Assembly (NCBI RefSeq): GCF_006345805.1
Contig: NC_043004.1
Location: 88,164,001-88,228,000, forward strand
Length of the DNA: 64,000 bases
Source: Octopus sinensis
Lineage: Eukaryota
Reading direction: 5' to 3'
The translations under genes were made by a program, and so were the position numbers. Positions 26,690-38,567 of this stretch are shown here, in pieces (the stretch's first letter is position 1; each line of letters begins with the position of its first letter). Below the pieces are notes generated by a model. It was not told where the DNA came from. It made no database searches and worked only from the letters and a program-made list of their open reading frames with translations.

Positions 26690-26721
26690 AGTGATAATAA
26701 TAATAATAATAATGATAATAG

Positions 26722-26783
<62 letters not shown>

Positions 26784-26833
26784 TAATAATGATAATAATG
26801 ATGATGATGATAATAATAATAATAATAATAATG

Positions 26834-26869
<36 letters not shown>

Positions 26870-26902
26870 TAATAATAATAGTAATAATATTGATATTAAA
26901 AA

Positions 26903-26937
<35 letters not shown>

Positions 26938-26979
26938 ATAATAATAATAATAATGATAATAATAATAATAATAATAATG

Positions 26980-27031
<52 letters not shown>

Positions 27032-27110
27032 TGATGATGATGACGATGATGATGATGATGATATATTATATTATAAATAATAATAATAATAATAATAATA
27101 TCAACAACAA
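26690..27110. repeat. Long (AAT)n/(GAT)n microsatellite
   Basis: Directly visible in the sequence. Confidence 0.97.
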
Positions 27111-27327
27111 CAATAACGAAACTGGGCATCTAAAAGATCAAAAGACCACGATTACAATAACAATAACGTCGCCGTCTCCCAATGGAAGCAAGAACAACAG
27201 CAACAACAATTTTTGGAATAGCAATCACAGCTTCAACAAAAGCGGAAGAATACAGCCCACAAAATAGCTACAAAAAATAGAAGAAAAAAATCGAAACAAA
27301 AAAGCCCAAACTATAGCATGACCTAAG

Positions 27328-27585
27328 ATGGCGACGACGATGACGTCGACGATGAAGTCGACGATGACGTCGACGATAACGACGACGATGATGATGATGG
27401 CGTTGATGCTGCTGACAATAATGGTTATGTTGGTGATGTTAATGCTGATGGTGATGATGGTGATAGTGGTGTCCGGTGATGGCAATTATGATCATGATGA
27501 CGATGAGGAGGCTAGTGCTGCCGCTGCAACTGATGGTGATGGTAATGGTGGTGGCGGCGGCGTTTCTGGTGTCGCTGCTGTTGCA

Positions 27586-27619
<34 letters not shown>

Positions 27620-27790
27620 ATGTTTACAATGCTGACGATGACGACAGCGATAACAATGATGATGATAACTGTTGACAAAACAATAGATAAACAACATGAC
27701 CTGTGATGACGGTAATAATGATGATGATGACGAAAAATGACGACGCCGATGATGATGATGATGATGATGATGATGACGAAGATGATGATA
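27328..27790. repeat. Compound GAC/GAT/GGT/GCT trinucleotide tract
   Basis: Successive degenerate trinucleotide arrays. Confidence 0.85.
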
Positions 27791-27921
27791 TTTGCGGTGT
27801 TAGTGATGACAAATATGCGTATATGTTTGTGTATACTCTTATACATGCGTATGAGTGTGTCGAAGAGAGATTAATCGAAAGAGAGAGTGAGTGAATCAAT
27901 AAATTTGGATGCCTTATATAC

Positions 27922-27963
<42 letters not shown>

Positions 27964-28036
27964 CAGACACACATACACACATACACACACATACACACAC
28001 ATACACTCACACATACACACTCACATATGTATAATT

Positions 28037-28200
28037 GGAGCAGGCGTGGCTGTGTGGCAATAAACTTGCTCCCCAGCCACCTGGTTCTGAGTTCAGTCCC
28101 ACTGCGTAGCACCTTGGGCAAGTGTCTCCTACTACATAGCCTCGGGCCGACCACACTTTTGTGAGTGGGTTTGGTAGATGGAAACTGAAAGAAGACACAC
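28037..28200 (+). mobile_element. Family-A SINE head
   Basis: ggagcaggcgtggctgtgtggc...gagttcagtcccactgcgtagcaccttgggcaagtgtc. Confidence 0.85.
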
Positions 28201-28203
28201 ACA

Positions 28204-28245
<42 letters not shown>

Positions 28246-28264
28246 AATATCTATATTTATATAT

Positions 28265-28530
28265 GAGGGGCGCATGGCTTAGTTGTTACGGGGTTACACT
28301 CACGATATAGCAATCACGACTTCGATTTCTATACCGGGTAGTAGTGTTGTGTTCTTGAGCAAAACACTTCATCTCACTTTGCTCTGTAATCATTTTGACG
28401 CCAGACACGTGGCACATTGTGCACCCGTTCACACAATGTCGGTTTGGTGGAGAGAGGGAGCGAATGTGCGGCACGAACATTAGATCTGTATCACTGTAAA
28501 GAAATCATTTGTACACGTCGTTCGGCAAAA
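28265..28530 (+). mobile_element. Group-C tRNA-derived SINE
   Basis: gcgcatggcttagttgtta (A box), ttcgatttc (B-box-like), gtgttcttgagcaaaacacttcatctcac (CORE-like domain). Confidence 0.75.
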
Positions 28531-28532
28531 GC

Positions 28533-28650
<118 letters not shown>

Positions 28651-28698
28651 ATATGTATGTATGTATAGTATAGTATTGGCTCGATATTTGTTTCCGGA

Positions 28699-29135
28699 AA
28701 GGCGGCGAGCTGGCAGAAACGTTAGCACGCCGGACGAAATGCTTAGCGATATTTCGTCTGCCGTTACGTTCTGAGTTCAAATTCCGCCGAAGACGACTTT
28801 ACTGCTTTTCATCCTTTCGGGGTCAATAAAATAAGTATCAGTTACGCACTGGGGGTCGATGTAATCGACTTAATCCGTTTGTCTGTCCTTGTTTGTCCCC
28901 TCTATGTTTAGCCCCTTGTGGGCAAAAAAAAAATGAAACGTTAGCACACCAGGCGAAATACTTAGCGGTATTTCCTCTGTCCTTACGTTCTGAGTTCAAA
29001 TTCCGCCGTGGACTTTGCCTTTCATCCTTTCGGGATGGATAAATTTAAGTACCAGTTGCATACTGAGGCAGATCTAATCGACTGCCCCCCACTCCCCAGA
29101 GATTTCGGGCTTTGTGTCTAGAGAAGAAAAGGCTA
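28699..29135 (+). mobile_element. Two tandem family-B SINEs (long tail, then short tail)
   Basis: aaggcggcgagctggcagaaacgttagc...agccccttgtgggc followed by gaaacgttagcacacc...cctagagaag-like tail. Confidence 0.88.
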
Positions 29136-29361
29136 TTTGTTTCTGGAGACCACTCGTGAAGCGAAAAGTTTTCAATTTCAAATTGAAAACTCGTAAAGCA
29201 GAGCAACAAGTTCCCATTGTAGCAATATGTTCCCATAGTAGCGTAATTCGTTCCCAGAAAAATATATTACCTATAAAATTTATAACACTCATAAATGCAT
29301 GTTAATAAAACAACAGTGGAATGTAAAGAACATGTGAGCATCATTTATAATAAAAAATATA

Positions 29362-29670
29362 ATTAGCCTTATCGAAGGCGGAGGTATTGTTTTCAGTCGC
29401 GTTTGTTTGTTCGTTGACAAGATATCTCACGAACCGCTAGATAGAATGAAACTTTCAGAGTTGCTTGGCCTCGTGACAGGCACGAACTGATTAGATTTTG
29501 GGATCGATCCGGTACCGGACAAGGATTCTGGATTATTTTTCCGGTTATTTTACTTAATTTTTGAGAGCAGTCGGGTTCATTTTTCGTATTCTCGTTTGTG
29601 AGAGCAGTCGAGTTTACTTCAGATATTGTCAATTTAGATATCATCTCTGGCTAATCGTTGAGAGGAAGTT
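29362..29670 (+). mobile_element. Helentron-associated (HINE/DINE-1-like) non-autonomous element
   Basis: aaggcggaggtattgttttcagtcgcgtttgtttg...aatgaaacttt...gattagattttgggatcgatccgg resembles the HINE layout. A second copy at 40079-40288 (minus) carries the typical 3' end ggaggtttgcgctctc..agtactc. Confidence 0.6.
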
Positions 29671-30256
29671 GGTGCAATTTTAAAAGATGTTTATTGACTT
29701 TACCGGTTTCACTTTTTTAGAAAAAGATTGTCAAGAGTAACGTGTAAAAGCTTGGTTGTGCTAGGTACTGGTTGTCACAAAATATTACAATATACATATA
29801 CAGTCTTTGATAATAAGAACATGTTAAGAACAGTTTACAAGGGAAAACGTTGGGAAAATATAAAAAAGTTTAACAAGTTCATTAAAATATTGGGCACAAA
29901 AGATTACAAAAGATATATATATTTTTAAGATGTTAAAGACAGTTTCCAGAAAGAATTATTAAAAAGTTCAGTGGAATATTGGTATTGTATCTGTATATAT
30001 ATATACACAGAATATTATACGTTCAAAAAAGTTTACATTTTAGTGGTAGGGTAGTTGTAACTGACCTGATTCACTATGTTATTGTAAAAGACTATAATTT
30101 ATTTCAAGGGACAGTGTAGGTGTGTTTGGGTGGGGGGAAGGAAGAGTAATGTGAAATTGAAAACAAGTTATTTGTTTCTCTTTCAAGTATCAATGATTTG
30201 GGGGATTGGTCTTTAGAGTTCAGAATGGTGTGAGTGTGTGTGTCTTTGTGTGTGTG

Positions 30257-30405
30257 TTCCGCCGAGGTCAACTTTGTCTTTCATCCTTTCGGAATCGATA
30301 AATAAAGTACCAGTTTCGCACTGGGGGCGATATAATCGACACAATCCCTTCGTCTGTCCTTCTTTGTCTCCTCTATGTTTAGCCCCTTGTGGGCAGTAAA
30401 GAAAT
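30257..30405 (+). mobile_element. 5'-truncated long-tail family-B SINE
   Basis: ttccgccgaggtcaactttgtctttcatcc...gtttagccccttgtgggcagtaaagaaata. Confidence 0.85.
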
Positions 30406-30857
30406 ATATATATATATATACATGTGTTTGTGTTTGTGAGGGGGGCATTTTTGATTGGTCCCAGGGTTTATTGTGGTGTAAATAGATGTGTCTATGTGTG
30501 TTTTTAACATTTGGTAGGATGTGTGCCCGTTTGTGTGTGTGTGTGTGGTTAACGTTTGTAAGTGTGTTGTGTGTGCGTTAGTGTGTTTATGTGTTTGTTC
30601 GTATGTGTGCATCTGTGGGTGTGTGTGTGTATTCTTGTGTATTTTGTGTTGGTGGGGATGTTATGTGTGTGTAGGTGAGTGTGTGTGTAATATGAGTGTG
30701 TGTATGTGTATATCTGTCCTAGTATATTTGTGATTGTTATGAGTGTCTTGGTTTTGTGTGTGTGTGTGATTGGTATTTGTCATCGTGCTGTGTGTGCGCA
30801 TGTGTGTGTATATGTGCGTCTGTATGAAGGTCAGAATGGTGTGAGTGTGTGTGTCTT

Positions 30858-30941
<84 letters not shown>

Positions 30942-31099
30942 CAACATGGACCTACATACGTTTCGACTGCAGCAACTACATGTTGCTCTGTATATATATG
31001 GTAATCGAGTACTAGTTTTTCCACCTTGTTTTGCATCTATGCGCTTACTGTCTGTATGTATGTATGTATGTATGTATGTATGTATGTATGTATATTTAT

Positions 31100-31403
31100 A
31101 AAGGTCCCATCTCCATCGAAGACACAAACCCAATATTCTAGTCGCTTGGGATTCAAGGGATCCCAACATTTTAATGCCCTACCATAGAACATCATGATCT
31201 GCGAGGTGTAGACATGGAAGCCTTCGAAAAGCGTCTGGACTGTTTCTTATCTGAATACCGAACGAATCCAGATCGCGACAGGAGACATAACGCCCAACTC
31301 GCTGTTTCGTCAAAAGCAATACTGGAAAAATCCACGGATGCAGTAGAGGCGGTGCAGCAGCATGGCTCCAACCTCTGGCTGAAACCCGTAAAAGATAAAA
31401 GAC
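31100..31403 (+). mobile_element. 3' end of a CR1/L2-group LINE (decayed)
   Basis: Frameshifted translation FKGSQHFNALP...DLRGVDMEAFEKRLDCFLS resembles the post-RT C-terminus (GPxLFNxLP...FKxxLDxFL) of CR1-group ORF2; the tail resembles the family-A SINE tail. Confidence 0.6.
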
Positions 31404-31471
31404 ATAAGGTATATTTATATATATATATATGTATAGGTATGTATATTTGTGCGTATTTGCTTTATACTCAC

Positions 31472-31551
<80 letters not shown>

Positions 31552-31703
31552 TATTATATTTGTGCATATTTGCATATACTGACATACTTATACACACACC
31601 TATATGTAATATATAATTAGGATAAAATCATTATTTAATGATTTATTAGTGGCCAGCAAACTAAAAATCCCATATTGGTTAATTTATATTAAAATTATAA
31701 TAA

Positions 31704-33507
31704 GGGTCGACAACGCACAAACGTGCGCCGTGCCGGGCCGGAGCATCCATGACAACCTCCATCTGATGCGTTACATCATAGGCAGGGTAGTTAACGAACC
31801 TGGCATGGGTGGGGCCCTGATCAACTTGGATCAATCGAAAGCCTTCGATAGGGTAGACCATCGATACTTGGAGGCAGTCCTGAGAGCGGCTGGTTTCGGT
31901 CCCATCTTCCGCGGCTGGATAGCTGCCTTGTACAGAGGCATCCGTTCGGTAATTCGCGTAAATGGACATCTATCGAGACCTTTCGACATTGCACGTTCGG
32001 TCCGTCAGGGATGGCCCCTCTCGGCGCTTCTATACGTATTGACTCTTGAGCCACTACTGCGGAAGCTGGCGACTCTGAGGGGCATCCCGCGAGAATTGGG
32101 ATGCGGGACGAGCGTGTCTGCATACGTCATAGTGTCACCGTCATAGTGTCAAGCCACGAGCACATCGAGCGGGTCGGCGAGACACTGAAAGACTACGAAG
32201 CGGTGACAGGAGCAAAAATCAACCGAGAAAAGTCAGTGGGCTTGCGGCTCGGCACCTGGAGAAGCAAACCCATGCCGTTCACCAGTACCTCCGTCGTGGG
32301 ACGCTGGACAGACCGCCCGGTTGAGTTGCTCGGGGTCTGGTTCGGTCCGGACCTACAAATGGAGAAGAACTGGAACGAGATAACGAGTAGGGTGGTCACT
32401 CTCGCCCAGCAATGGGCCGAGAGGAAACTGTCCCTAAAAGGTCGGGCGGAGGTGGCGAACACGTACATCGCGTCCATCATCTACTACCGCCTGACCGTCG
32501 TACCTTGTCCCGACCCTACCATCAACAAACTAGAACGTATTCTCTTCCGCTTCTTGTGGAAAGGATGTGTCCCGATTGTCAGGCGATCCATTTGCTGTCA
32601 ACACCCGTTAAAAGGAGGGCTGGGCATGCCGTGGTTGATGATGCGCAGACACGCGCTCAGACTGCGACATCTCCGGCTCTATGTAGACGACGGTGAACAG
32701 GTGTGGTCGCCGTTTGTGAGGCACGCATTCCCGCAATTCGTCTCCATGACCGGACTGCAGTCGTGGATCAAAAAGAGGCCGAGGAAGGGCGAATGGCACC
32801 GCGAGTGTCGCGTTGCTCTCAAGCAACTTTGCCGTCCCGGGTCGACCTTGAGTGACTTCAACACAACCAAAGCATTCTATAGGGGATTAGTGGAGGGGAG
32901 GTACGATGACGATCTCGGGGCAAACCTAGGCGTCGACGAAGAATACCTGACCCGCCTGTTTCAAACGACTTTCGGCCCGGGACCTATGGACAACTTCCAG
33001 AGATCCCTGGCCTGGCGGTGCTACCGAGAAGCGCTACCCGTTCGGGATAAGCTCTATAGGCATGGCTCGAGAAACACGGGGCTGACCTGCCCGAGATGCG
33101 GGCAGAGCGACGAAACCGCTCTGCACGCAATCGTGCAGTGTCCAGCAATTTCCGACCAGTGGGCTTATGTCGAACGACTGCTGTCACGTGTGGGACGTGT
33201 CGGTTTATCAGCCGAGTCTATCGTTAATATCGTCACGCCTCCTTCCTTCAAACGGGAAGGAAGAGCTATTTTTATCATACTTGTGGCTATGGCGAAAGAA
33301 TGTATCTGGTGGACGCGCCTGAAAGGATTAGAGACAAACTCTTTCCTCTCTGGTCAATCTCTCATCAACTTCTTCAAGTATCACTTGAAGAGGAAAGTGA
33401 GAGTAGAGAGGCAAGTTTTGTGTAGTGAATGTTTTAAAAAAAGATGGGTGAATGTAGCAAGGATGGCACGTATGAACGACGAAGCCACCTTGACTATGAT
33501 TCTATGA
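31704..33507 (+). pseudogene. LINE ORF2 (RT plus zinc knuckle), frameshifted at the YADD motif
   Basis: The ORF 31649-32146 frame reads ...SAY to 32125 and the ORF 32101-33507 frame resumes VTVIVSS at 32134. Eight nt lie where the 9-nt ADD codons are expected. QGC is also changed to QGW. Confidence 0.9.
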
Positions 33508-33890
33508 ACCGTAAAAATTAATACAGAGAGTTGCTTATTTGCAAAAAAAAAAAGAAATATAACATGTGACTTCATTGACCGAGGTTACCGTGGTTTTTTC
33601 CGTAGGCTTTTCTTTCCACGGGTAAACCTCACCTGTCCTCCCCTTTACACTTCATATTGACATTTCTGTGATTACGATCCCTATTGATCAACTTTTTTTT
33701 TTCCTCTCCCCTTTTCTTTTTTTTTCCTCTCCCCCCCTTTTTTTAAAATCCTCCCTTTTTTGTCCTCTTTCTTTCCTTTTACGATCCCTTTTGATCGAAA
33801 ACCAACCCCCTTTTTTTACCACCAAAAGAAAAGCTCTACCTTGTAATTTGTTCTGTCTGTGTGCAAGCCCTGTGTGGCTAATAAAGAAAC
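31704..33890 (+). mobile_element. 5'-truncated Tx1/L1-clade LINE
   Basis: RT motifs (QTCAVPGRSI, LDQSKAFDRVDH, VRQG.PLS), C-terminal CPRC-x7-H-x4-C zinc knuckle, pyrimidine-rich 3' UTR with hairpins, AATAAA at 33880-33885, then (TATC)n. Confidence 0.93.
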
Positions 33891-34154
33891 ATATCTACCT
33901 ATCTATTTATCTATCTATCTATCTATCTGGTAAGGATTATATCAATTATAATAAAGGGTTAATTGCAACAAGTTGCTCAAAACCACATACCGAAAATATT
34001 AGAAATAGCAGCCAAATTGATCGCTATTTCTCCTACTATTAAAAAAAGTCTCCACAAACAAACAGAATTTGTAACCCGTATATGGCAAAAAGAAAGAAAA
34101 TAACGAAATCTCAGCCCATGGATCAATTATAGACGAATCGACGAACCGTTTCTG

Positions 34155-34237
<83 letters not shown>

Positions 34238-34238
34238 A

Positions 34239-34287
<49 letters not shown>

Positions 34288-34954
34288 CACACAGACACAG
34301 ACACACACATAAATCATCCGAATGAAATTATCCTATATATACACATACATGTATATATATATGTATGTGTGTGGGTGTGGGTGTGTGGGTGTGTGAGTGT
34401 GAGTGTGTGTGTGAATGAGTGCATGTGTGTATGTGTGTGTATTAAACGCCTAAATATGCGCGTATATCCACACACAAACTTGCATTATTGATGTTATTGA
34501 TATATGATAATACAGAGATTGGGGTCTCTGGGAATATCTCTTTTACATCAATCATATAGAAACAAATAGAATCTGCATGGAAGATATTACATTCTTCATA
34601 CCAATTCATATATATTTCACATACATTTTTTTTTCAATCTATGATTTCTCGCTTCAACTCTGCTACGAAAGTCGATGACATTGCTAAAGTTTTTCCTTTC
34701 CCAATCTTATGAATTCTGACCCCTGTATTTGTAATATATGGTCAACGACCCTTAGAGGTCTCACAAGAAATAAAATTTCTTTCAATAAATCACAAGGTGC
34801 ACAGCGAACAGTGAGATTTAAAGCAATGGCTTGCATATCTATTCAGCACATTCGAACGTGTGTGCTAATCGCTCCTTGTTCGTTACAGAAGGACTGCTTT
34901 TTTTTTACGACAAATATATGCTCATACTACACTAAAATTCATTAATACAAGGGA

Positions 34955-35001
34955 TTCTGGGACACCGGTGTTTCGACATCGCTCTGCCTCGTCAGCAAGA
35001 A
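34955..35001 (-). ncRNA. Type-I hammerhead ribozyme candidate with an intact core (family H4)
   Basis: ttcttg-CTGACGA-ggca-gagcga-tgtc-GAAA-caccggtg-TC-ccagaa: core invariant, stem II 4 bp (one G-U), palindromic stem III ACACCGGTGT, GUC triplet, stem I 5/6 paired. Confidence 0.75.
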
Positions 35002-35317
35002 ACACTTCCGGATCAATGAATCTCGCAAAAGCCAATGATCTTTATGACTTTAACGGACAAAACTGTTTGCTAAGCAATAATAAATCATCATATGCATAGT
35101 GAATAGTTATATTCTAAATCCAAGGACTTGTATGAACAAACATTTCCTGTCTATAAACACGATATTAAAACTATTAATAATGATTCACATTATTCAATTT
35201 TACTCATATTTTATATTTCATTTAATACATCTTTTACCCCATTGGGCTGTTACCATACTGCAGTACCGCATTTGAAGGTTTTAAATACATCGATTCAAGT
35301 ACTTTTTAAAAAAATCA

Positions 35318-36025
35318 TAGTATGAGCATTGCTTTCCAACCAGATGATTTCAGATTGAGATCCACTGCGTGGCACCATGGGCAAGTGTCTTCCACTATAG
35401 CCTCGGGCCGACCAAAATGTTGTGAGTGGATTTGGTGGACGGAAACTGAAAGACGCGTTGGCATGTTTACGTCCCCGTAACTTAAGTTCGGCTAAAGAGA
35501 CCGATAGAATAAGTACTAGGCTTACAAATAATAAGTCCTAGGGTGGATTTGTTCGACTAAAGGTGGTGCTCCAGCATGGCTACAGTCAAATGACTGAAAC
35601 AGATAAAAGAAATAAAAGAAAATGAAAGAAACATGGTACTAATTATGCCGGACCTTATTACCGAACTGCTAACTTACGGAAACTTAAACAAACTAAAACT
35701 GGTTGTTAAGCGGTGGTGCTGGGTAACATAAATACGGAGAGAGAGTGTGTGTGTGTATGTATGCTTGTGTGTGTTGAATATGCTAATCGCTGTTTTGTTT
35801 GTCACAGGAAAACAGCTTCCATTCTACGACGAATATATGCTGATATTACATTTGATTCATTGGTACAAGAGATTCTGGGACCACAGTTCCTGTCTACTTA
35901 ATTCCGCCACAAGGTACTACCTGTTCCAGGGCATATCAGAAGATACTTGACCAAGGTGCCTCGCAGGAGACTGAACCCAAAACCACGTGGTTGCGAAGCG
36001 AGCGTCTAAACCACAAAATCATAAC
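35318..36025. mobile_element. Two family-A SINEs tail to tail (35318-35620 plus; 35625-36025 minus)
   Basis: Family-A consensus blocks are present in both orientations. Confidence 0.8.
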
Positions 36026-36130
36026 CGTGTCCATATTAATACTAGTCGCCATGATAGATCGTTAGCTACTACACACATTTTTCTCTCCTTTTTTCTCTCC
36101 TTTTTCTCTCTCCTTGTTTTTTCTGTGTCC

Positions 36131-36166
36131 CTTTCTATAGAAGAGCGTAGGCTCGAAACGTAAAAG
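36131..36166 (+). ncRNA. Hammerhead-like motif, family H1 (degenerate core)
   Basis: cttt-CTATAGA-a-GAGC-gtag-GCTC-GAAA-CG-TA-aaag, within repeat 36066-36260. Confidence 0.4.
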
Positions 36167-36314
36167 ACTTTTTCTATTCCTGAGCGTTATACTAATACAT
36201 CTGTTTGTTTTGTACACTACCTGTCTTCGTCTTTTATTCTTTTCGTAAACTATCTTATATATATATACACACACACACATATAAATATATATATATATTA
36301 TATTATATATATAT

Positions 36315-36353
<39 letters not shown>

Positions 36354-36920
36354 CATATATATGTACACACACGCACATATATAATTATATATATAATATA
36401 TATGTATTCACAGCTACACTCACCTATTAGCTGGGAACCAGTTTTATCTCAATTGCCAAACATTGGATGAATTTTAATGGCGTCCGTAAAAAAATTTCGA
36501 TTTGATAACGAGTTCTAATTGTTTCTTATTTAATTGCGATGATAACAATATTTGATTCTCTCTCATTAAAACTTCATCTTTCCGCCTGGCCTATTTTCTC
36601 TCGCCTCACAAACTACCTGGTTTTGTAGCAGTTTCTTTCTAATTTTATTACAAAACACATTGTACTTATTGAAATACTTCCCTAGAATGTGACCACATGC
36701 TTGTGTTTTTCCGTATTAGTCTATCTTTCTCCTCTCTCTTTCTTAGCCTCTCTCGTACTCTCTCTTTCTTAGCCTCTCTCGTACTCTCTCTTTCTTAGCT
36801 TCTCTTGTACTCTCTCTTCTCCCACTTATCTCTCTCTCTCTTCTCCCACTTCTCTCCTCCCACTTCTCTTTCCATTTTTAAGGAACTCAAATTTCCGAAT
36901 ATGTTTTATCCCATTCGAAC

Positions 36921-36985
<65 letters not shown>

Positions 36986-37002
36986 ATCTATCTTCTTTCT
37001 AT

Positions 37003-37049
<47 letters not shown>

Positions 37050-37111
37050 CTATCTATTTATAATCTGTCTATCTTCTGTCTGTCTGTCTATCTACCTACA
37101 TACGTGCATAC

Positions 37112-37165
<54 letters not shown>

Positions 37166-37167
37166 AC

Positions 37168-37212
<45 letters not shown>

Positions 37213-37384
37213 TATATACATACATAAATAAGAAGGATCTATAGGATTGTAACCTGTGATTAAAAAAAAGAAACCACAACGGAACGATGGAGACTAGAAT
37301 ACCTCTCAGCAGATGCGTGTTCGCGTACACGAACATAACAATTGTTTTTTTTATGCAGACGGCATCTATTCTTTTATATATTTA

Positions 37385-37571
37385 TTCTTTTGTTTGTTTC
37401 AGTCTTTTGACTGCGGACATGTTGGAGCGCCGCCTTTAGTCGAACGGATCGATCCCAGGACTTATTCTTTGAAAACCTAGTTACGGGGACGTAAACACGC
37501 CAACATCGTTTGTCAAGCAATGGTAGTAGAGACACAAACACAGCCACACACATACATACGTATATACATAC

Positions 37572-37613
<42 letters not shown>

Positions 37614-37720
37614 ACGGGCTTCTTTCAGTTTGTCTACCAATTCAACTCACAAGGCTTTGGTCGGCCCAAAGTTATAGTAGAAGACACTTACCCAAGGTGC
37701 CACGCAGTGGGATTGAGCGC
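37385..37720 (-). mobile_element. Family-A SINE
   Basis: Reverse-complement match including ggagcgccgcctttagtcga and gacacttacccaaggtgccacgcagtggg. Confidence 0.85.
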
Positions 37721-37996
37721 GGGCAATATGACCCGGTTCGCTGATCTATGAATAAAAATTTATTCTTCACCTCAACTAATGTATATCATTTTACATCTCA
37801 GTTATTTTTCCGTCACTACTTTGGCAACTGTGGTGAAATACACTATTTGTTGCTGAGGTTTATAATAAGGCCTCAAACATTTATCACACCTAATTGAATA
37901 ATTTAAAGAATTCTTGTTTTCTTCATGGCAAAAAACTTTTAAGTCAACGTATTAAAGCTCCTTGCATTAAATATTTTGAAAAAAAAATCTTAATTA

Positions 37997-38567
37997 CATT
38001 CTTTTCTACTCTAAGCAGAAGGCCCGAAATTTTTGGAGAGGGGGCCAGTCAATTAGATCAACCCCAGTACGCAAATGGTACTTAATTTATCGACCCCGAA
38101 AGGATGAAAGGCAAAGTCGACCTCGACGGAATTTGAATTCAGAACGTAAAGACAGACGAAATACCTATTTCTTTACTGCCCACAAGGGGCTAAACATATA
38201 GAACACAAACAAGGACAGACAAACGGATTAAGTCGATTATATCGACCTCAGTGCGTAACTGGTATTTATTTAATCGACCCCGAAAGGATGAAAGGCGGAA
38301 TTTGAACTCAGAACGTAGCGGCAGATGAAATACCTATTTCTTTACTACCCACAAGGGGTTAAACACAGAGAGGACAAACAAGGACAGATAAACGGATTAA
38401 ATCGATTATATCGACCCCAGTGGGTAACTGGTACTTATTTAATCGACCCCGAAAGGATGAAAGGCAAAGTCGACCTCGGCGGAATTTAAACTCAGAATGT
38501 AACGGCAGACGAAATACCGTTAAGCATTTCGACCGGCGTGCTAACATTTCTGCCAGCTCGCCGCCTT
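37997..38567 (-). mobile_element. Family-B SINE trimer (head, two long-tail units, one short-tail unit)
   Basis: The internal junction aaagaaata|ggtatttc occurs twice (near 38165 and 38335). Confidence 0.88.

Noticed and set aside
27328-27675. 115-aa Thr/Met/Asp/Ala-rich ORF resembling a homopolymer-rich transcription factor
   Set aside because: Made entirely of trinucleotide arrays, with overlapping ORFs on both strands and no domain.
31693-33959. Possible TSD of the Tx1 LINE (aattataataa(a)gggt at 31693-31707 and 33944-33959)
   Set aside because: AT-rich, not identical, and offset from the element 3' end; may be chance.
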